Shown here in pieces: positions 10,633-21,802 of a DNA stretch of 64,000 bases. This stretch comes from Planctomycetaceae bacterium (lineage in GTDB: Bacteria > Planctomycetota > Planctomycetia > Planctomycetales > Planctomycetaceae). A program made the translations under genes and the position numbers. Each line of letters starts with the position of its first letter. Position 1 is the stretch's first letter. The notes under the pieces are model-generated. The model had not been told where the DNA came from, did no database searches, and was given only the letters and a program-made list of their open reading frames with translations. The stretch spans positions 210,629 through 274,628 of the forward strand of contig JAWKUA010000009.1 in NCBI GenBank assembly GCA_041398785.1, in the 5' to 3' direction.

Positions 10633-11901
10633 ATGAAACGCACCGTAGAACGACTCCAGGAATTTTCCGCACCCCTCATTCTGGGCGTCATCGTCGCTGT
10701 AATCTGGGCGAATCTGAGCCCCAACAGCTACTACGCTGCCGTCCACGCCCCATTCCACCAGTTTGGCGACTGGCTCTCGATGGGAAACAGCGTGACCGAA
10801 ATGCATGCTCACGGCTGGGCTCATTACTTCACGCTGCACTTCCTGATCAACGACATTTTCATGGTGGTCTTCTTCGGCATCGCCGCGAAGGAAATCACAG
10901 AAGCCTGCCTTCCCGAAGGTGCGCTGAATCCGGTGTCGAAGGCCATCAACCCGCTGTTTGGAACAGTTGGCGGCGTACTGGGACCGATCTGTGTGTTCCT
11001 TACGCTGAACGCCGTGGTCGGCAAACCGGAGTGGATCAAGGGCTGGGGAGTTCCCACCGCAACAGATATCGCACTGGCGTGGCTGGTGATTCGCTGTCTG
11101 TTTGGAAAGACTCATCCCGCGGTCAGTTTTCTGCTGCTGCTGGCAGTGGCTGATGACGCGATCGGGCTGGGAATCATCGCCATCGGCTACCCCGACCCGG
11201 CACATCCGACCGAATGGGCAAACCTGATTTGGCTGATCCCGGGAATGGCGACTGCCTGGGGACTGAGAATGAAGGGCGTTCGAAACTGGGTTCCGTATGT
11301 CGTCATCGGCGGAGCTCTGTGCTGGTGGGGACTTTACAGCGCTCACCTGCATCCGGCCCTGGCGCTTGTCTTCATCGTTCCGTTCCTGCCGGCACCGACT
11401 CACGACGAAGGTCTGTTCGTGGACGCCGAGCGTGACGCGACACATGGTCACTCGCCGCTGGAAAACTTCGAACACGATATGAAGCGGCTGGTCGACTTCG
11501 GGCTGTTCTTCTTCGCACTGGCCAATGCCGGCGTCGGATTTTCAGAAGTGAATGGTCTGAGCTGGATGATTCTGGGAGCCCTGATTGTCGGCAAGACGGC
11601 GGGAATCACATTGTTTTCGGGCGTTGCCGCGGCAATCGGATTTCCACTGCCGAAGGGCATGACGATGGCCCACCTGCTGGTCACCAGCGTGGTTGCGGGC
11701 CTTGGCCTGACGGTGGCTCTGTTCGTCTGCGGGCAGGCGTTTCCGGATCCGTCGATGCAGGGAGCCGCAAAAATGGGAGCTGTGTTTTCCGTCGCGGCCG
11801 CCGTGGTTGCTTTTGGCCTGAAGGCGTTTCTGCGGTTCGAAAAAGCTGCGGAAAAGCTGATCGACGAAGCGCGACCTTCGTCCTCAGTCACAGCAAACTG
11901 A
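10633..11901 (+). CDS. nhaA: Na+/H+ antiporter NhaA
   Basis: 422 aa polytopic membrane protein with the WGVPTATDIALAWLV motif (NhaA GIPxATDIAFAL family signature) and a typical NhaA N-terminus LILGVIVAVIWANL. Confidence 0.9.
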   Translation: MKRTVERLQEFSAPLILGVIVAVIWANLSPNSYYAAVHAPFHQFGDWLSMGNSVTEMHAHGWAHYFTLHFLINDIFMVVFFGIAAKEITEACLPEGALNPVSKAINPLFGTVGGVLGPICVFLTLNAVVGKPEWIKGWGVPTATDIALAWLVIRCLFGKTHPAVSFLLLLAVADDAIGLGIIAIGYPDPAHPTEWANLIWLIPGMATAWGLRMKGVRNWVPYVVIGGALCWWGLYSAHLHPALALVFIVPFLPAPTHDEGLFVDAERDATHGHSPLENFEHDMKRLVDFGLFFFALANAGVGFSEVNGLSWMILGALIVGKTAGITLFSGVAAAIGFPLPKGMTMAHLLVTSVVAGLGLTVALFVCGQAFPDPSMQGAAKMGAVFSVAAAVVAFGLKAFLRFEKAAEKLIDEARPSSSVTAN

Positions 11902-12197
11902 TTGGGCATTGCAGGCGAGCCTCCACTCCAAATGCGCAGTCACATCGATCACACATGCGACGGAATCGCGACAGACGAAGTTTGAACGATGTGGCTGCCG
12001 TATTCGGTAAATCCTGCAGTCACCACGACTTGAGAAAATCCGGCAAATTCGGCATCTCCATCGCTCATTGCTGCGTGCAGTAAGTCATTTCAGGAGATGA
12101 CGGCGGCTTTGTCATCAGAGTCTGGCACCCGCGGGGGGCCGTCGGGCTGGCACCGACCCGAATCTCAGGTTTCTCAGAAAGAAACAGGGAGCAGGAA

Positions 12198-12563
12198 ATG
12201 AGCAGGTTCATGGTCGGAGCATGCGCGGCACTGGCAATGGGAATTCTCGGCGCTGATGATGCCTCCGCACAGTACTATCGCGGCGGATACGGTATCGGAT
12301 ATTCGTCGCCGGGTTTCTCGATCGGCATCAACACAGGTCGCGGGTACGGTGGCAATTTCGGCTACGGCCGAACGACGCGTGTCTGGCACAACACGAGTCA
12401 CTACGACTTCCACCCCACAACAGTTTACCGGCACGGAAATCACTACCACGTTCAGCCGGCACACTATGACTTCCACCAGACCGGTCACGTCGACCGGATC
12501 CGCGGCGGACGTGTCATTCACGGTCGCAGCCGAACGGTCTACGGCGGTCATCACCACTGGTGA
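12198..12563 (+). CDS. small secreted Gly/Tyr/His-rich protein
   Basis: RBS-like aaacagggagcaggaa then ATG. Signal peptide MSRFMVGACAALAMGILGADDASAQ. Mature part is built from YGIGY / GYGGNFGYG / HYDFH / HGNHYH / GGHHHW repeats. Confidence 0.55.
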   Translation: MSRFMVGACAALAMGILGADDASAQYYRGGYGIGYSSPGFSIGINTGRGYGGNFGYGRTTRVWHNTSHYDFHPTTVYRHGNHYHVQPAHYDFHQTGHVDRIRGGRVIHGRSRTVYGGHHHW

Positions 12564-12752
12564 TGCCACAACATCGCGACCGCCGATTTCACGACTGATC
12601 ACAGAATCGACGACTGAATCCCGCCGACCGGTACACTGGTCGACGGGATTCACTTTGCGCCGCTCGTGGTCGGTTCGAAGGGAAAGTCTGCATCGGCAGC
12701 TACGAAGATTACTCATCACTGACCGCACTTCGTTGCAGCCTGCGTCGACGTG

Positions 12753-13346
12753 CTACTCGCCCTCGTGCGACGCATCAGCGCTATCACTGTGACCGTCGGC
12801 ACTGTGGCCGGCAGCATGATCGTCTTCCGCGTGTTCGTCGCCGTGGTCGTGCGCGTGGCGAATCACGCCGCTGTACGACTTGCCTCCGATCATCACGACC
12901 AGTTTCGGCTCCGCATCGTGCTGGTCGAGATGCTCGGCGAGTTCGCTGTCGCTGGAAACGAACCGCGACGATTTCCCTTCTGCATCTGAGGCATCGGGCT
13001 CAGCGGCCAGCGCAAATTGTTCGGGCGTTCCGTCGTGGCTGACGTTGATTTTCAGATCCGCGGCATCGACGGCAACCTGCTGTTTCGCCGCCGAATCGAG
13101 AATAAACACAGTCACCGTTTCGGCCTCATCGTCGTGCACGACCTCGGCGTGGTACTCCTCATCGCCAAGTTCTACCAGATCACCGTGGTGCGGCCCCTCG
13201 GACGGATGGCTGTGCCCGCCCGCGGTGGATTCGCTGGCCGGTGCCGATCCATAGTCCACGAAATCTTCCTGTTGTTGACATCCGATGCCGCTGACTGCTG
13301 CCAGAATCAAGGCCATGACTGCGACTGAAATCGCTGTTTTCATCAT
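12753..13346 (-). CDS. His/Asp/Glu-rich putative lipoprotein (candidate periplasmic metal-binding protein)
   Basis: MMKTAISVAVMALILAAVSGIGC (lipobox-like). HSHPSEGPHHGD ... HAHDHGDEHAEDDHAAGHSADGHSDSADASHEGE His-rich tail. Confidence 0.55.
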   Translation of the reverse strand: MMKTAISVAVMALILAAVSGIGCQQQEDFVDYGSAPASESTAGGHSHPSEGPHHGDLVELGDEEYHAEVVHDDEAETVTVFILDSAAKQQVAVDAADLKINVSHDGTPEQFALAAEPDASDAEGKSSRFVSSDSELAEHLDQHDAEPKLVVMIGGKSYSGVIRHAHDHGDEHAEDDHAAGHSADGHSDSADASHEGE

Positions 13347-13503
13347 TCGTATCCTGCCTCTGTGAGAATCAGTGAATAAGTTTGCCGAGTATCATACGCC
13401 GCTGGCAGTTTCGGCCAATGGCTTTGTCATTACAATCCGGCTGCGGGAGCCTGATGGCTCATGTTTTCACCGGCTCAGAGGCTCTCACGAACAGAATTGC
13501 GGT

Positions 13504-14301
13504 ATGGACTTTCTGCAGCTTCAGGGAAAGAACGTCCTGGTCCTGGGCGTGGCCAACCGGAAAAGCGTCGCATGGCACACGGCGGAACTGCTGCTGGAAG
13601 CAGGCGCCAACGTCTTGTTTGGAGTCCGATCGGAACAGCGCGCGGAAGCAGTGAAAAAGCTCGCTCCCGATTCCCACGTTTTTGTCTGCGATGTCGAACG
13701 ACAGGCCGATATTGACCGAATGGCGAAAGATGTCAGCGGCGCGGTGGACGTGCTGCACGGAATCGTGCATTCGATTGCCTTTGCCGACTATTCCGCCGGA
13801 TGGCTGCCGTTCCACGAAACTCCGCGCGATGCCTTTCTTCAGGCGGTCAATGTGTCGTGCTTTTCACTGATTGCCATCTGCAACGCGCTGAAGTCGGTGC
13901 TCGATCCGAACACCGGCAGCGTCGTCACAATTTCCATTTCGACAACTCGAATGGCGGCGGAGAATTATGGATTCATGGCTCCGGTCAAGGCGGCTCTGGA
14001 TTCCTCGATCTGCTTCCTGGCCAAGTCGTTTTCGAAGTTTTCGAAGGTTCGCTTCAATGCAGCCTGTCCGGGACTGTTGAAGACTTCGGCGTCCGCCGGC
14101 ATTCCCGGCTACGTCGATAGTTACCTGTTCGCTGAAAAGGCGACGCTGCGAAAACAGGCCGTCCGGACCGAAGAAGTGGCGTCGACAGTTGTGTTCCTGT
14201 TGAGTCCCCGATCCGCTGGTATCAACTCCCAGGGCATCGTGATCGACGCCGGCATGAGTACGAACTACTTTGATGACGAACTCATCCGAGAAGGCGGCTG
14301 A
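13504..14301 (+). CDS. fabI: enoyl-[acyl-carrier-protein] reductase (NADH) FabI
   Basis: [30 protein letters not shown]... (FabI Rossmann start, compare E. coli [28 protein letters not shown]). Active-site region [22 protein letters not shown] matches the FabI Y-x6-K spacing. ORF opens at 13372 but the first 44 aa are not FabI-like. Confidence 0.8.
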   Translation: MDFLQLQGKNVLVLGVANRKSVAWHTAELLLEAGANVLFGVRSEQRAEAVKKLAPDSHVFVCDVERQADIDRMAKDVSGAVDVLHGIVHSIAFADYSAGWLPFHETPRDAFLQAVNVSCFSLIAICNALKSVLDPNTGSVVTISISTTRMAAENYGFMAPVKAALDSSICFLAKSFSKFSKVRFNAACPGLLKTSASAGIPGYVDSYLFAEKATLRKQAVRTEEVASTVVFLLSPRSAGINSQGIVIDAGMSTNYFDDELIREGG

Positions 14302-15613
14302 CGACCGCACTGCCGGAAATCTGAAGCGAGTACCGGTGCCGCTGGCCGTCCTGCTGGTCGCGGCACTGTTGCTGCGCATCGCAGCCGTGATGGCGCTTGG
14401 CGACGACCTGCGGACCGATCCGGACGGCTATGTCGGCCTGGCTCAAAGCGTCGCCGCCGGTTCAGGCCTTTCGGTGCCGGGTTCTGATCGTGCAACCGCG
14501 TTCCGACCACCGCTGTTGCCTTTGATGATTGCCGTGGGAATTCGGATCGGTTTGTCCGGCGTCGCTGCGGTCGTTTTGCTGAACATCGCCGCGGGCGTGA
14601 TCACCGTTGCCGCCACCTGGATGCTCGGCAGAACTCTGCAACTGAACGGCCGGTGGATTTTCGCTGCGGCCGCGGTTCCCGTCTTCGACCCCCTTCTTCT
14701 GCGCTACACGGCAATTCCAATGACGGAAGTTCCAAGCGCCGCCCTGGCAACGATCGCCGTCTGGCTGTTCGTCCGATATCAGCAGTCTCACGAAATGAAG
14801 GATGGTGCTGGATCCGGAGTCGCCTTTGGTCTCGCTGCGCTTTGTCGTCCGGTCCTGCTGGTCACGGGAGTACTGCTGGCAGTCATCGGCGCGACAAGCC
14901 GGTGGCGACGCTGGCGAATCACGAATGGACGGTTTTTTCGAATGATCCTGCTGTCGACAGTGCCGGCTGCGGCCATGGCGGTCACAGTCGCTCCGTGGAT
15001 CGTCCGAAACGAAGTCGTGTTCGGCAAATCTATCCCGGCAACAACGCACGGAGGCTACACACTGCTGCTGGGCAACAATTCTGTGTTCTTCCGCGAAGTG
15101 GTTGATGCCCCCGGCCAGCCGGTCTGGTCAGGTCAGAGCCTCTCTGAATGGCAGCAGGACATGAATCATCAGATGACGAATGATGGCGTCGCGCCTGGTG
15201 ACGAAATCGCCGCCGATCGGTGGATGTATGCACGTGCGCGCGAGGAAATCCATGCTCAACCCGGCGTCTTCCTTAAGGCCTGCCTTCTGCGATGGAAGCG
15301 ATTCTGGGGGCTCAGTCCCGCCACCGGCAGCCACGGCGTTCCAATCGATCTGGCTGTCGGCACGTGGTACGCTGTCCTGTGGATCGGACTCCTGGGCAGT
15401 CTGATTCCGCGCGGAGTCCGGCAGCGCACGGATTGCATTTGGCTGCTGTGGACCGCCATACTCTCCTTCCTGCTGCTGCACACGTTTTATTGGACCGACA
15501 CCCGGATGCGAGCGCCGCTGACAGGCGTGCTGGCCGTTCTGGCGATCGTCGGCTATCAGAATTGGCTGCGGCTGTCTTCACGCCTGAGGCGTACGACGGA
15601 GCTCAGTTCATGA
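14270..15613 (+). CDS. glycosyltransferase family 39/83-like polytopic membrane protein (ArnT/PMT-like)
   Basis: About 11 predicted TM helices and a [17 protein letters not shown] loop pattern typical of dolichyl/undecaprenyl-phosphate sugar transferases. Start is uncertain because of a 32-nt overlap with the fabI end. Confidence 0.55.
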   Translation: MMTNSSEKAADDRTAGNLKRVPVPLAVLLVAALLLRIAAVMALGDDLRTDPDGYVGLAQSVAAGSGLSVPGSDRATAFRPPLLPLMIAVGIRIGLSGVAAVVLLNIAAGVITVAATWMLGRTLQLNGRWIFAAAAVPVFDPLLLRYTAIPMTEVPSAALATIAVWLFVRYQQSHEMKDGAGSGVAFGLAALCRPVLLVTGVLLAVIGATSRWRRWRITNGRFFRMILLSTVPAAAMAVTVAPWIVRNEVVFGKSIPATTHGGYTLLLGNNSVFFREVVDAPGQPVWSGQSLSEWQQDMNHQMTNDGVAPGDEIAADRWMYARAREEIHAQPGVFLKACLLRWKRFWGLSPATGSHGVPIDLAVGTWYAVLWIGLLGSLIPRGVRQRTDCIWLLWTAILSFLLLHTFYWTDTRMRAPLTGVLAVLAIVGYQNWLRLSSRLRRTTELSS

Positions 15614-15810
15614 ATCGCACCGAACAACTCGCAGCGGCTGACCTCAGACTGAGTGACGAAGATGACGGCAGAGTCCCGGCAAGACCATGATCCCGCGGCC
15701 CGATTTGGCGCGGACGAAAACACTTGCGAGCACAACCGCCCGAGAATCGGCCATCCACAACGGTCTGACATTCACTTCGACGGAAACATGCCTGCTGACG
15801 GACGACGCCG

Positions 15811-17259
15811 ATGATCTGTATTTCCGTTTCACCGTCGTCCCGCACGCTTGCTCCCGTGGATTTGCTGAACGCTTCCCGCAAGTGCGATTTGATTGAACTC
15901 TGCCTGGACCAGTTCATCAAGACTCCGGACGTTGCCGAACTGCTCCGGAGCGTCGACAAACCGGTGTTGGTTTCGTGTCGTCGACAGCGTGACGGCGGCC
16001 ACTGGCGGCACAGCGAAGAACAGCGGCTGCAATTGCTGCGCAACTCCATCGTCGCCGGTCCGGCCTACATCGAACTGGAATTGGATGTGGCTGACAAGGT
16101 GCCGCGTTTCGGCAATACCAGGCGAGTGATCAGCTATACAAGTCTGAATCGGCCACCGGCGAAGATCGATGATGTCTTCGAAAAGTGCTGGAACGCGAAA
16201 GCTGACGTGGTCAAGTTCACCTGGCCAACAGACGATCTCGACGCCGCGTGGCCGTTGCTGGCGGCGGTGACTCAGAAACGCGAACTGCCGGTCGTCGGAC
16301 AGGGAATCGGACCGTCCGGACTGACGTTTTCACTGCTGAGCCGGAAGTACGGATCTCCGTGGATTTACGCGGCGCTGGAAAAGGGCATGGAAACCTGGCC
16401 CGGCCAGCCGACGGTCTGGGAACTGGAAGAAGAATATCGGTGGAACGAAATCGGCAGGGGCACCCGGTTCCTGGGCATCATCGGGATGGGTGCCGCCGAA
16501 AACACGTCCACGCGTATCCTGAATTTCTCGTTCCAGGAACTTGGCAGGCGCATCCGGTGCCTGCCGCTGATACCGGGCAAGTCTGATCGGCTGAAGAAGA
16601 TGCTGCAGGTGATGAAGATCAACGGACTGATTGTCGATCCGATGTGTTCAGCACACCTCGACGATTTCGCTGAACCCGGCGACGAGGTTGCCCGAAAGTC
16701 CGGTTACATGGATCTGTTCATGGAGAAGAGCAGCGGCTGGAAGGGCGTCGCCACACTGTTATCAGCGCTGGAAACTGTCATTCACAACCAGCGGGAAGAT
16801 CTGTTGCGAATGAACGGCCGCGCCGTCACGGTGATTGGCAGTGGTCCTCTGGGAATGGCGGCCGCCGTCTGGGCGGCATCAAAGAACGCCGCCGTCAGCA
16901 TTGCCGCTCCTTCTGATAACGCGGCAACGTCCGCCGCCAGACACTGCGGGGTACGACACCTGCCGTGGAGTGCCGTTCACGGAGTACGGACGGAAATCCT
17001 GATTCTGGCGGGTTGTGAAATTCGCTGTGGCACGGATCGCCGCGAATTGAATCCGTCGCTCATCCGTGAAGGCATGACGGTTGTCGATCTGACCCGGTAT
17101 CCCAACGAATCAGCGTTCGCCGACGAGGCAGCCGCTCGGGGAGCACACTATCCTTCGCCGCCGCGAATCTTTGCCGAACAGCTTCAACTTCAGTTCCGAA
17201 CACTGACCGGGCTCGACTTGCCGCCGGGAGCGTTCGAAAAGGGACTTGGCCCGCGATAG
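15811..17259 (+). CDS. bifunctional 3-dehydroquinate dehydratase (type I) / shikimate dehydrogenase-like protein
   Basis: N-terminus MICISVSPSS... with the KADVVKF...PLL layout of type I DHQase (E. coli AroD KIIVSL). C-terminal Rossmann VTVIGSGPLGMAAAVWAASKNAAV is typical of AroE-like shikimate dehydrogenase. Confidence 0.6.
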   Translation: MICISVSPSSRTLAPVDLLNASRKCDLIELCLDQFIKTPDVAELLRSVDKPVLVSCRRQRDGGHWRHSEEQRLQLLRNSIVAGPAYIELELDVADKVPRFGNTRRVISYTSLNRPPAKIDDVFEKCWNAKADVVKFTWPTDDLDAAWPLLAAVTQKRELPVVGQGIGPSGLTFSLLSRKYGSPWIYAALEKGMETWPGQPTVWELEEEYRWNEIGRGTRFLGIIGMGAAENTSTRILNFSFQELGRRIRCLPLIPGKSDRLKKMLQVMKINGLIVDPMCSAHLDDFAEPGDEVARKSGYMDLFMEKSSGWKGVATLLSALETVIHNQREDLLRMNGRAVTVIGSGPLGMAAAVWAASKNAAVSIAAPSDNAATSAARHCGVRHLPWSAVHGVRTEILILAGCEIRCGTDRRELNPSLIREGMTVVDLTRYPNESAFADEAAARGAHYPSPPRIFAEQLQLQFRTLTGLDLPPGAFEKGLGPR

Positions 17260-17403
17260 CTCGGGAGGCATGATTTCCCCTTGCGATCGCAAAACGGCGA
17301 ACAACCGCTGGCGATCAGTTCCGGTGCGCAAACACGAAAGCCCGCCATTTGCAGAAATGGCGGGCTTTCAGACGATTCAGAAACTGGCTCAGCAGGCGGA
17401 GAA

Positions 17404-20400
17404 TTACACGCCTGGCAACTCCATGGCCGCGCGGCTGGTGTCATCCATTTCGATTGCCAGCCTTGCAGTGGGATCGGCAAGCTCAGCCATCACAGCCGAC
17501 ACAGCGTCGTGTGTCGCCGATTCCAGCGCGGGTGCGGCGACCTCTTCCCGTGCTTCCGACCGTTCGACCGTCGCAGCGTCGGCCTGTTCGACTTCGTGAA
17601 CGACAACCGTTCTACGTGCAGACTCAGCCGGCTGCCGTTCCCGGATCTGACTGCTTCGATCTTGCTCTGTCAGCAGAAGATCACCGGAGACAAGGTCAAA
17701 ATGCGGATTGAAACCGGTCGCCGAGTCAGCGCTGGCCATGATGGCGAAGGATCGATCACTGCTCCAGCTACTGGCCGATCCCTGAGAATTGAAGGCTCGA
17801 ATCCAGAAGCGATACGTTCCCGTGCGGAAGTCGGTCTGCGATGTGTAGGCCGCGGTGCCACTGGAACCGTCGACGGAAAAGTCCTCCACGTCCAGCACGA
17901 TGTTCTCGTTTCTCTCCAGATCGCGTACCAGGATCTGGTAGCGCACGTTGCCGTCGGTGTGTTCCCAGATAAACGTCGGCCGCGAAGTCGTCACGGTTCC
18001 GGTCGGGGCAATGATGATCGGCGTCGTGGCATTCGGCACGTCAATTCGGAAGACAAACGGTTCGCTCCAGCGGCTGAATTCTCCGACGCTGTTACCTGCC
18101 CTCACCCATGCGGTATAGACGTGTTCTTCCAGAATCTGGCTGTCCGGAACTGTGAAGGACGTTGTGTCCAGGTCCTGAACGCGAATGACCTGCGACTTGT
18201 TGCTGGTGGTGTCGTTCAGCCACAGGTCGTAGACGGTACCGGGCACATCGACCAGCCAGTTGATCGTGGGTGTCGCATCCGTCACGCTTCCGGACGGTCC
18301 GGAAGTTGGCGCGACAATCACCGGTTGCGAAGGAACGGGCACGTCGATGCTGAATCTCAGCGGCACACTCCACGGGCCGGCTTCGCCGGCGGAATTAAAG
18401 GCTCGCACCCACGCCCGGAAGTCTCCTTCCGGCAACTCGTCCGTTGCAGGATACGTCAGGCCGCCGATGCCAGTCTGGTGGACAATCCGCACAGTGCCCG
18501 AAGTGTCGTGATTGACCCACAGTTCATACGACACCGCACGTTCAGCGGCGGTCCACTGGAATGTCGGTGTCGGCGTCCTGACAACTCCGTTGGCGTCTCC
18601 CGCCGGTCCGGTGACTGTGGGACGCGTCGGTGCCAGGATGTCAATCAGGAATGTCTCCGGCGTGCTCCACGCACTGTACTCGCCGGCTCCGTTGACCGCG
18701 CGAACCCAGGCCCGATACGTTCCCTGTGGCATCGCATTGACGATGTTGTAGAACGTCTGACCTTCGATATCACGAACCCGAATCACCTGAGACTTGCCGT
18801 GCGACAGGTCATTGACCCAAAGGTCGTATTGATAAGCGTACTCAACCGCATTCCAGGTAATCTTTGGAGTCGCGGTTTCCACGGCTCCCGCGAAGGGAAC
18901 CAGGACCGGCGCCGCCGGTGTGGGGATGTCAATTCGGAATTCCTCGTAAAGGCTCCATGCACTGACTTCACCGATCGAATTGAATGCACGTGCCCGAACA
19001 CGATACATCGCTTCTCCCAGCGGGGAGAAGTGCGTGTATGACTGGGTGGTATGGTTCGTACGATTGATCACTCGCACCCAGGCACCGGTCGCGGCGTCCT
19101 GGCGATCGACCTCCAGCGAATAGCTGGTTGCATTTTCCGCGGTCCAGGCAAAATTCGGAAACGCGCTGGTGGTCACATCAACCGAAGGATTCGTGATGAC
19201 CGGGCGCGTCGGAGCCGGCAGATCCACGTTGAAGCTGACAACGTTACTCCATTCGCTGACGACACCATTCGACTGAATCGCCCGAACCCGGGCTGTGTAG
19301 TCACCCTCCGGGAACTGAAAACCGGGCGTAAACACCACAGCGGTGATGTTGGCATTACTATATGTTACGTTGCCGGTGCCGGTATTGGTGACTTCCAGTT
19401 CATAGCGGGCGGCATTCAGCGTCGGCGTCCACAGGAACGTAAGCGTCGACTGTGTCTGCAGGCCATTCGGGCCGATCATCGTCGGTGCCGCCGCCAGCGG
19501 GATGATCGTTCCGTCCAGCGTGTAAGCGCCCAGGGAACCATACTGGCCCGTGCTTCCGACGGCGATGTAGTACGTCCCGGCTGCAACGTTCGCAGTCAGC
19601 GACGCGTTCAGGCTATTGGTCGGATTGCCGGTGGCAACGACATTACCCTGGTTGTCATACAGTGTCAGCACGATGTCCAGGTTCGTGCCGGGGTTGTTTG
19701 TATTCGCCGGATAGATCTGTGTGAGATCCAGGCCGCTGGCGGAGAACGAGAGATCGCCGGCGTCGGTATCAAACTCGAAATAGTCCGCGTCGCCGACCCG
19801 CTCAATGATCCCGCTGCCGGAGACACCCGGCAGGGAAGAGTCCAGAACCGTGGCAGTCGCCCGGTTGTTGCCGTGATCATCGACCCGGTAGGCAAACGTC
19901 TGGTTCTGGGCTCGTGTCATCACGGCCAGGTCGTCCTGCAGAACAGTGGCGCCCAGCGAACTCGGGCCGTCGTTCCACAGTTCACGCAGCGAATCAAACG
20001 GAGCACCCATGATCGGGCCGAGCGTCGGAGTGCCGCCGTCATACTCGGCGGTCTTGTTGCCGCTGGCGTCAAAGACGCTGTGGTGCTGCAGTCCGAGAGC
20101 ATGGCCGGCCTCGTGAGAGGCAGTCAGCGCGGTGTACTTCGCGAAGCCGTTTCCAAGGTTATCTGTGAATGCGTAAACCGTGTTGGAAAGGTCGTTGCTG
20201 AAGGAATCCAACCAGGCGACGCCGCCCGCTGCGGTACCCAGCCACGGCCCGGCACCACCGATCGAGACCAGCAGCGTTTCGAAGTTGTTATATGACCCCG
20301 GATCGATAGTCGTCACGTTGACGTTGAATGGGGCGAAGTCCTCACTGACGCGATACCAGATTTCTTCAATCCGCCGCAGTTCTTCATCACTGAACGTGGT

Positions 20401-20775
20401 CTGGTCGCCGTCGATGTCATAGACGGGAGTGATGATGTCATTGTCGTTGTTGAACTGAGCGGTCCACTGGGAATTGCTCTCGACGTGGCCGTCAAAGTCC
20501 AGGTAGATCGTCACCGGTGCCCCCGGAAGACTGTCCAACTGGGGAATCGAAGTCAGCGGGTTCATCTGTCCCGGATTTCCGACCCCGGGTTCCGGCCCCA
20601 CATAGCTTTGCCCCAGAACTGCGGTCGCACTCAAGAGTGTTCGCGGCTCGCACAACTCAATGGACGGTATAGAGTTGCGCCGCGGTTGAGGACGCCGGAC
20701 TGCGCGACGATTGCGGGAAATCAGGCTGCCGAGGAATTCACTGATTGCCATGCGAAAGGGATCCTTTTCGATCAC
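17404..20775 (-). CDS. secreted multidomain zinc metalloprotease-like protein (HExxHxxGxxH metzincin motif, PPC-like domain, about 8 FN3-like repeats)
   Basis: SHEAGHALGLQHHSVFD zinc-binding motif. GDADYFEFDTDAGDLSFSASG (pre-peptidase C-terminal-like). Eight roughly 95-aa repeats of form TPTFQWTA...Y.LWV......W..P..F.ID. Acidic C-terminal tail. Confidence 0.75.
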   Translation of the reverse strand: MIEKDPFRMAISEFLGSLISRNRRAVRRPQPRRNSIPSIELCEPRTLLSATAVLGQSYVGPEPGVGNPGQMNPLTSIPQLDSLPGAPVTIYLDFDGHVESNSQWTAQFNNDNDIITPVYDIDGDQTTFSDEELRRIEEIWYRVSEDFAPFNVNVTTIDPGSYNNFETLLVSIGGAGPWLGTAAGGVAWLDSFSNDLSNTVYAFTDNLGNGFAKYTALTASHEAGHALGLQHHSVFDASGNKTAEYDGGTPTLGPIMGAPFDSLRELWNDGPSSLGATVLQDDLAVMTRAQNQTFAYRVDDHGNNRATATVLDSSLPGVSGSGIIERVGDADYFEFDTDAGDLSFSASGLDLTQIYPANTNNPGTNLDIVLTLYDNQGNVVATGNPTNSLNASLTANVAAGTYYIAVGSTGQYGSLGAYTLDGTIIPLAAAPTMIGPNGLQTQSTLTFLWTPTLNAARYELEVTNTGTGNVTYSNANITAVVFTPGFQFPEGDYTARVRAIQSNGVVSEWSNVVSFNVDLPAPTRPVITNPSVDVTTSAFPNFAWTAENATSYSLEVDRQDAATGAWVRVINRTNHTTQSYTHFSPLGEAMYRVRARAFNSIGEVSAWSLYEEFRIDIPTPAAPVLVPFAGAVETATPKITWNAVEYAYQYDLWVNDLSHGKSQVIRVRDIEGQTFYNIVNAMPQGTYRAWVRAVNGAGEYSAWSTPETFLIDILAPTRPTVTGPAGDANGVVRTPTPTFQWTAAERAVSYELWVNHDTSGTVRIVHQTGIGGLTYPATDELPEGDFRAWVRAFNSAGEAGPWSVPLRFSIDVPVPSQPVIVAPTSGPSGSVTDATPTINWLVDVPGTVYDLWLNDTTSNKSQVIRVQDLDTTSFTVPDSQILEEHVYTAWVRAGNSVGEFSRWSEPFVFRIDVPNATTPIIIAPTGTVTTSRPTFIWEHTDGNVRYQILVRDLERNENIVLDVEDFSVDGSSGTAAYTSQTDFRTGTYRFWIRAFNSQGSASSWSSDRSFAIMASADSATGFNPHFDLVSGDLLLTEQDRSSQIRERQPAESARRTVVVHEVEQADAATVERSEAREEVAAPALESATHDAVSAVMAELADPTARLAIEMDDTSRAAMELPGV

Positions 20776-21379
20776 GGTTGCTGTCTACGAGTCGACTGTT
20801 CCGTCACCATGTCCGGCTCCGATGTACCGAGGCCTGGCCCGGGTCCGGTAAGGTTTTCGATTCTGCCGATTTGTGTGCCGCTGGAAACCGAAATGCCGGT
20901 CATTGCAGACTCTTCAGCGCACAGAACACCTATCTGAATCGTTCTTCGGACGCGAATCCAGATTTTCTTACCGTCCCATGTCGGTTCTTCTGCATTTCCG
21001 CCATCAGTTCAACGTTCGACGGTACCGTCCGAAGAAGCGGTCGAACCCCCATCGGAAGGCGTGGAACGACCGAATCGACTGGAAGCAGCCGCGTGACCGG
21101 CACAAACCGATTCGACCGTGACTTCCACAGGACGCCGATCTGGCCCCGACCTAACACGATTGACCCCCGGAGCCTCCCGCTGGAAGCAGTCGCCCGGCGG
21201 CGATTCTGCATCGTGCAACTCACCTGCGAAAACGTCGCGACGAATCGGTCCTCGCCATTTCACCGCCCGCCTCCCGGATCCGCGATTGCCGGACTGGCCG
21301 CGTCTTCCTGTGTCCGGCTGTATTGACGGACCGCTGTGCTGACCGGCCCGAGTCGTGGCCTTTTCGCTCGAAGGACAGG

Positions 21380-21802
21380 CTACTCGCCGATGATTTTGAC
21401 CAGCACACGTTTCCGGCGCCGGCCATCGAATTCGTAGTAAAAGATGTGTTCCCATGGTCCCAGATGCAGCTTTCCTTCGGTAATTGCAACGACAACCTCC
21501 CGACCCATGATTTGCCGCTTGTGGTGAGCGTCGGCGTTGTCTTCGCCCGTGCGATTGTGGTGATACCGCTCCGGCGACGGGTCGAACGGAGCCAGTTCCT
21601 CCAGCCACCTGTCGTAGTCACGATGCAGCCCGGATTCGTTGTCGTTGATGAAGACCGATGCCGTAATGTGCATCGCGTTGACCAGAACCAGCCCTTCCCG
21701 GACACCGCTTTCCTGAACCAGAGATGCGACGTCTTCGTGAATGGAGACAATCGCGCGGCGTTCGGGGACGTTCATCCAGAGTTCTTTGGTCAGACTTTTC
21801 AT
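21380..21802 (-). CDS. YjbQ/UPF0047 family secondary thiamine-phosphate synthase enzyme
   Basis: 140 aa. ...[36 protein letters not shown]...[47 protein letters not shown]. The YjbQ fold signature is present throughout. Confidence 0.85.
   Translation of the reverse strand: MKSLTKELWMNVPERRAIVSIHEDVASLVQESGVREGLVLVNAMHITASVFINDNESGLHRDYDRWLEELAPFDPSPERYHHNRTGEDNADAHHKRQIMGREVVVAITEGKLHLGPWEHIFYYEFDGRRRKRVLVKIIGE

Noticed and set aside
10615-11475. 286-aa minus ORF antisense to nhaA
   Set aside because: Fully inside nhaA. Gene-like only because of GC bias.
12121-12160. sigma-54 promoter (two TGGCACC copies)
   Set aside because: No TTGC element at the right spacing.
17281-20295. 586-aa and 414-aa + ORFs
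   Set aside because: Both lie antisense inside the 1123-aa metalloprotease gene. The translations are Arg/Gly/Val-rich with no repeats or motifs.
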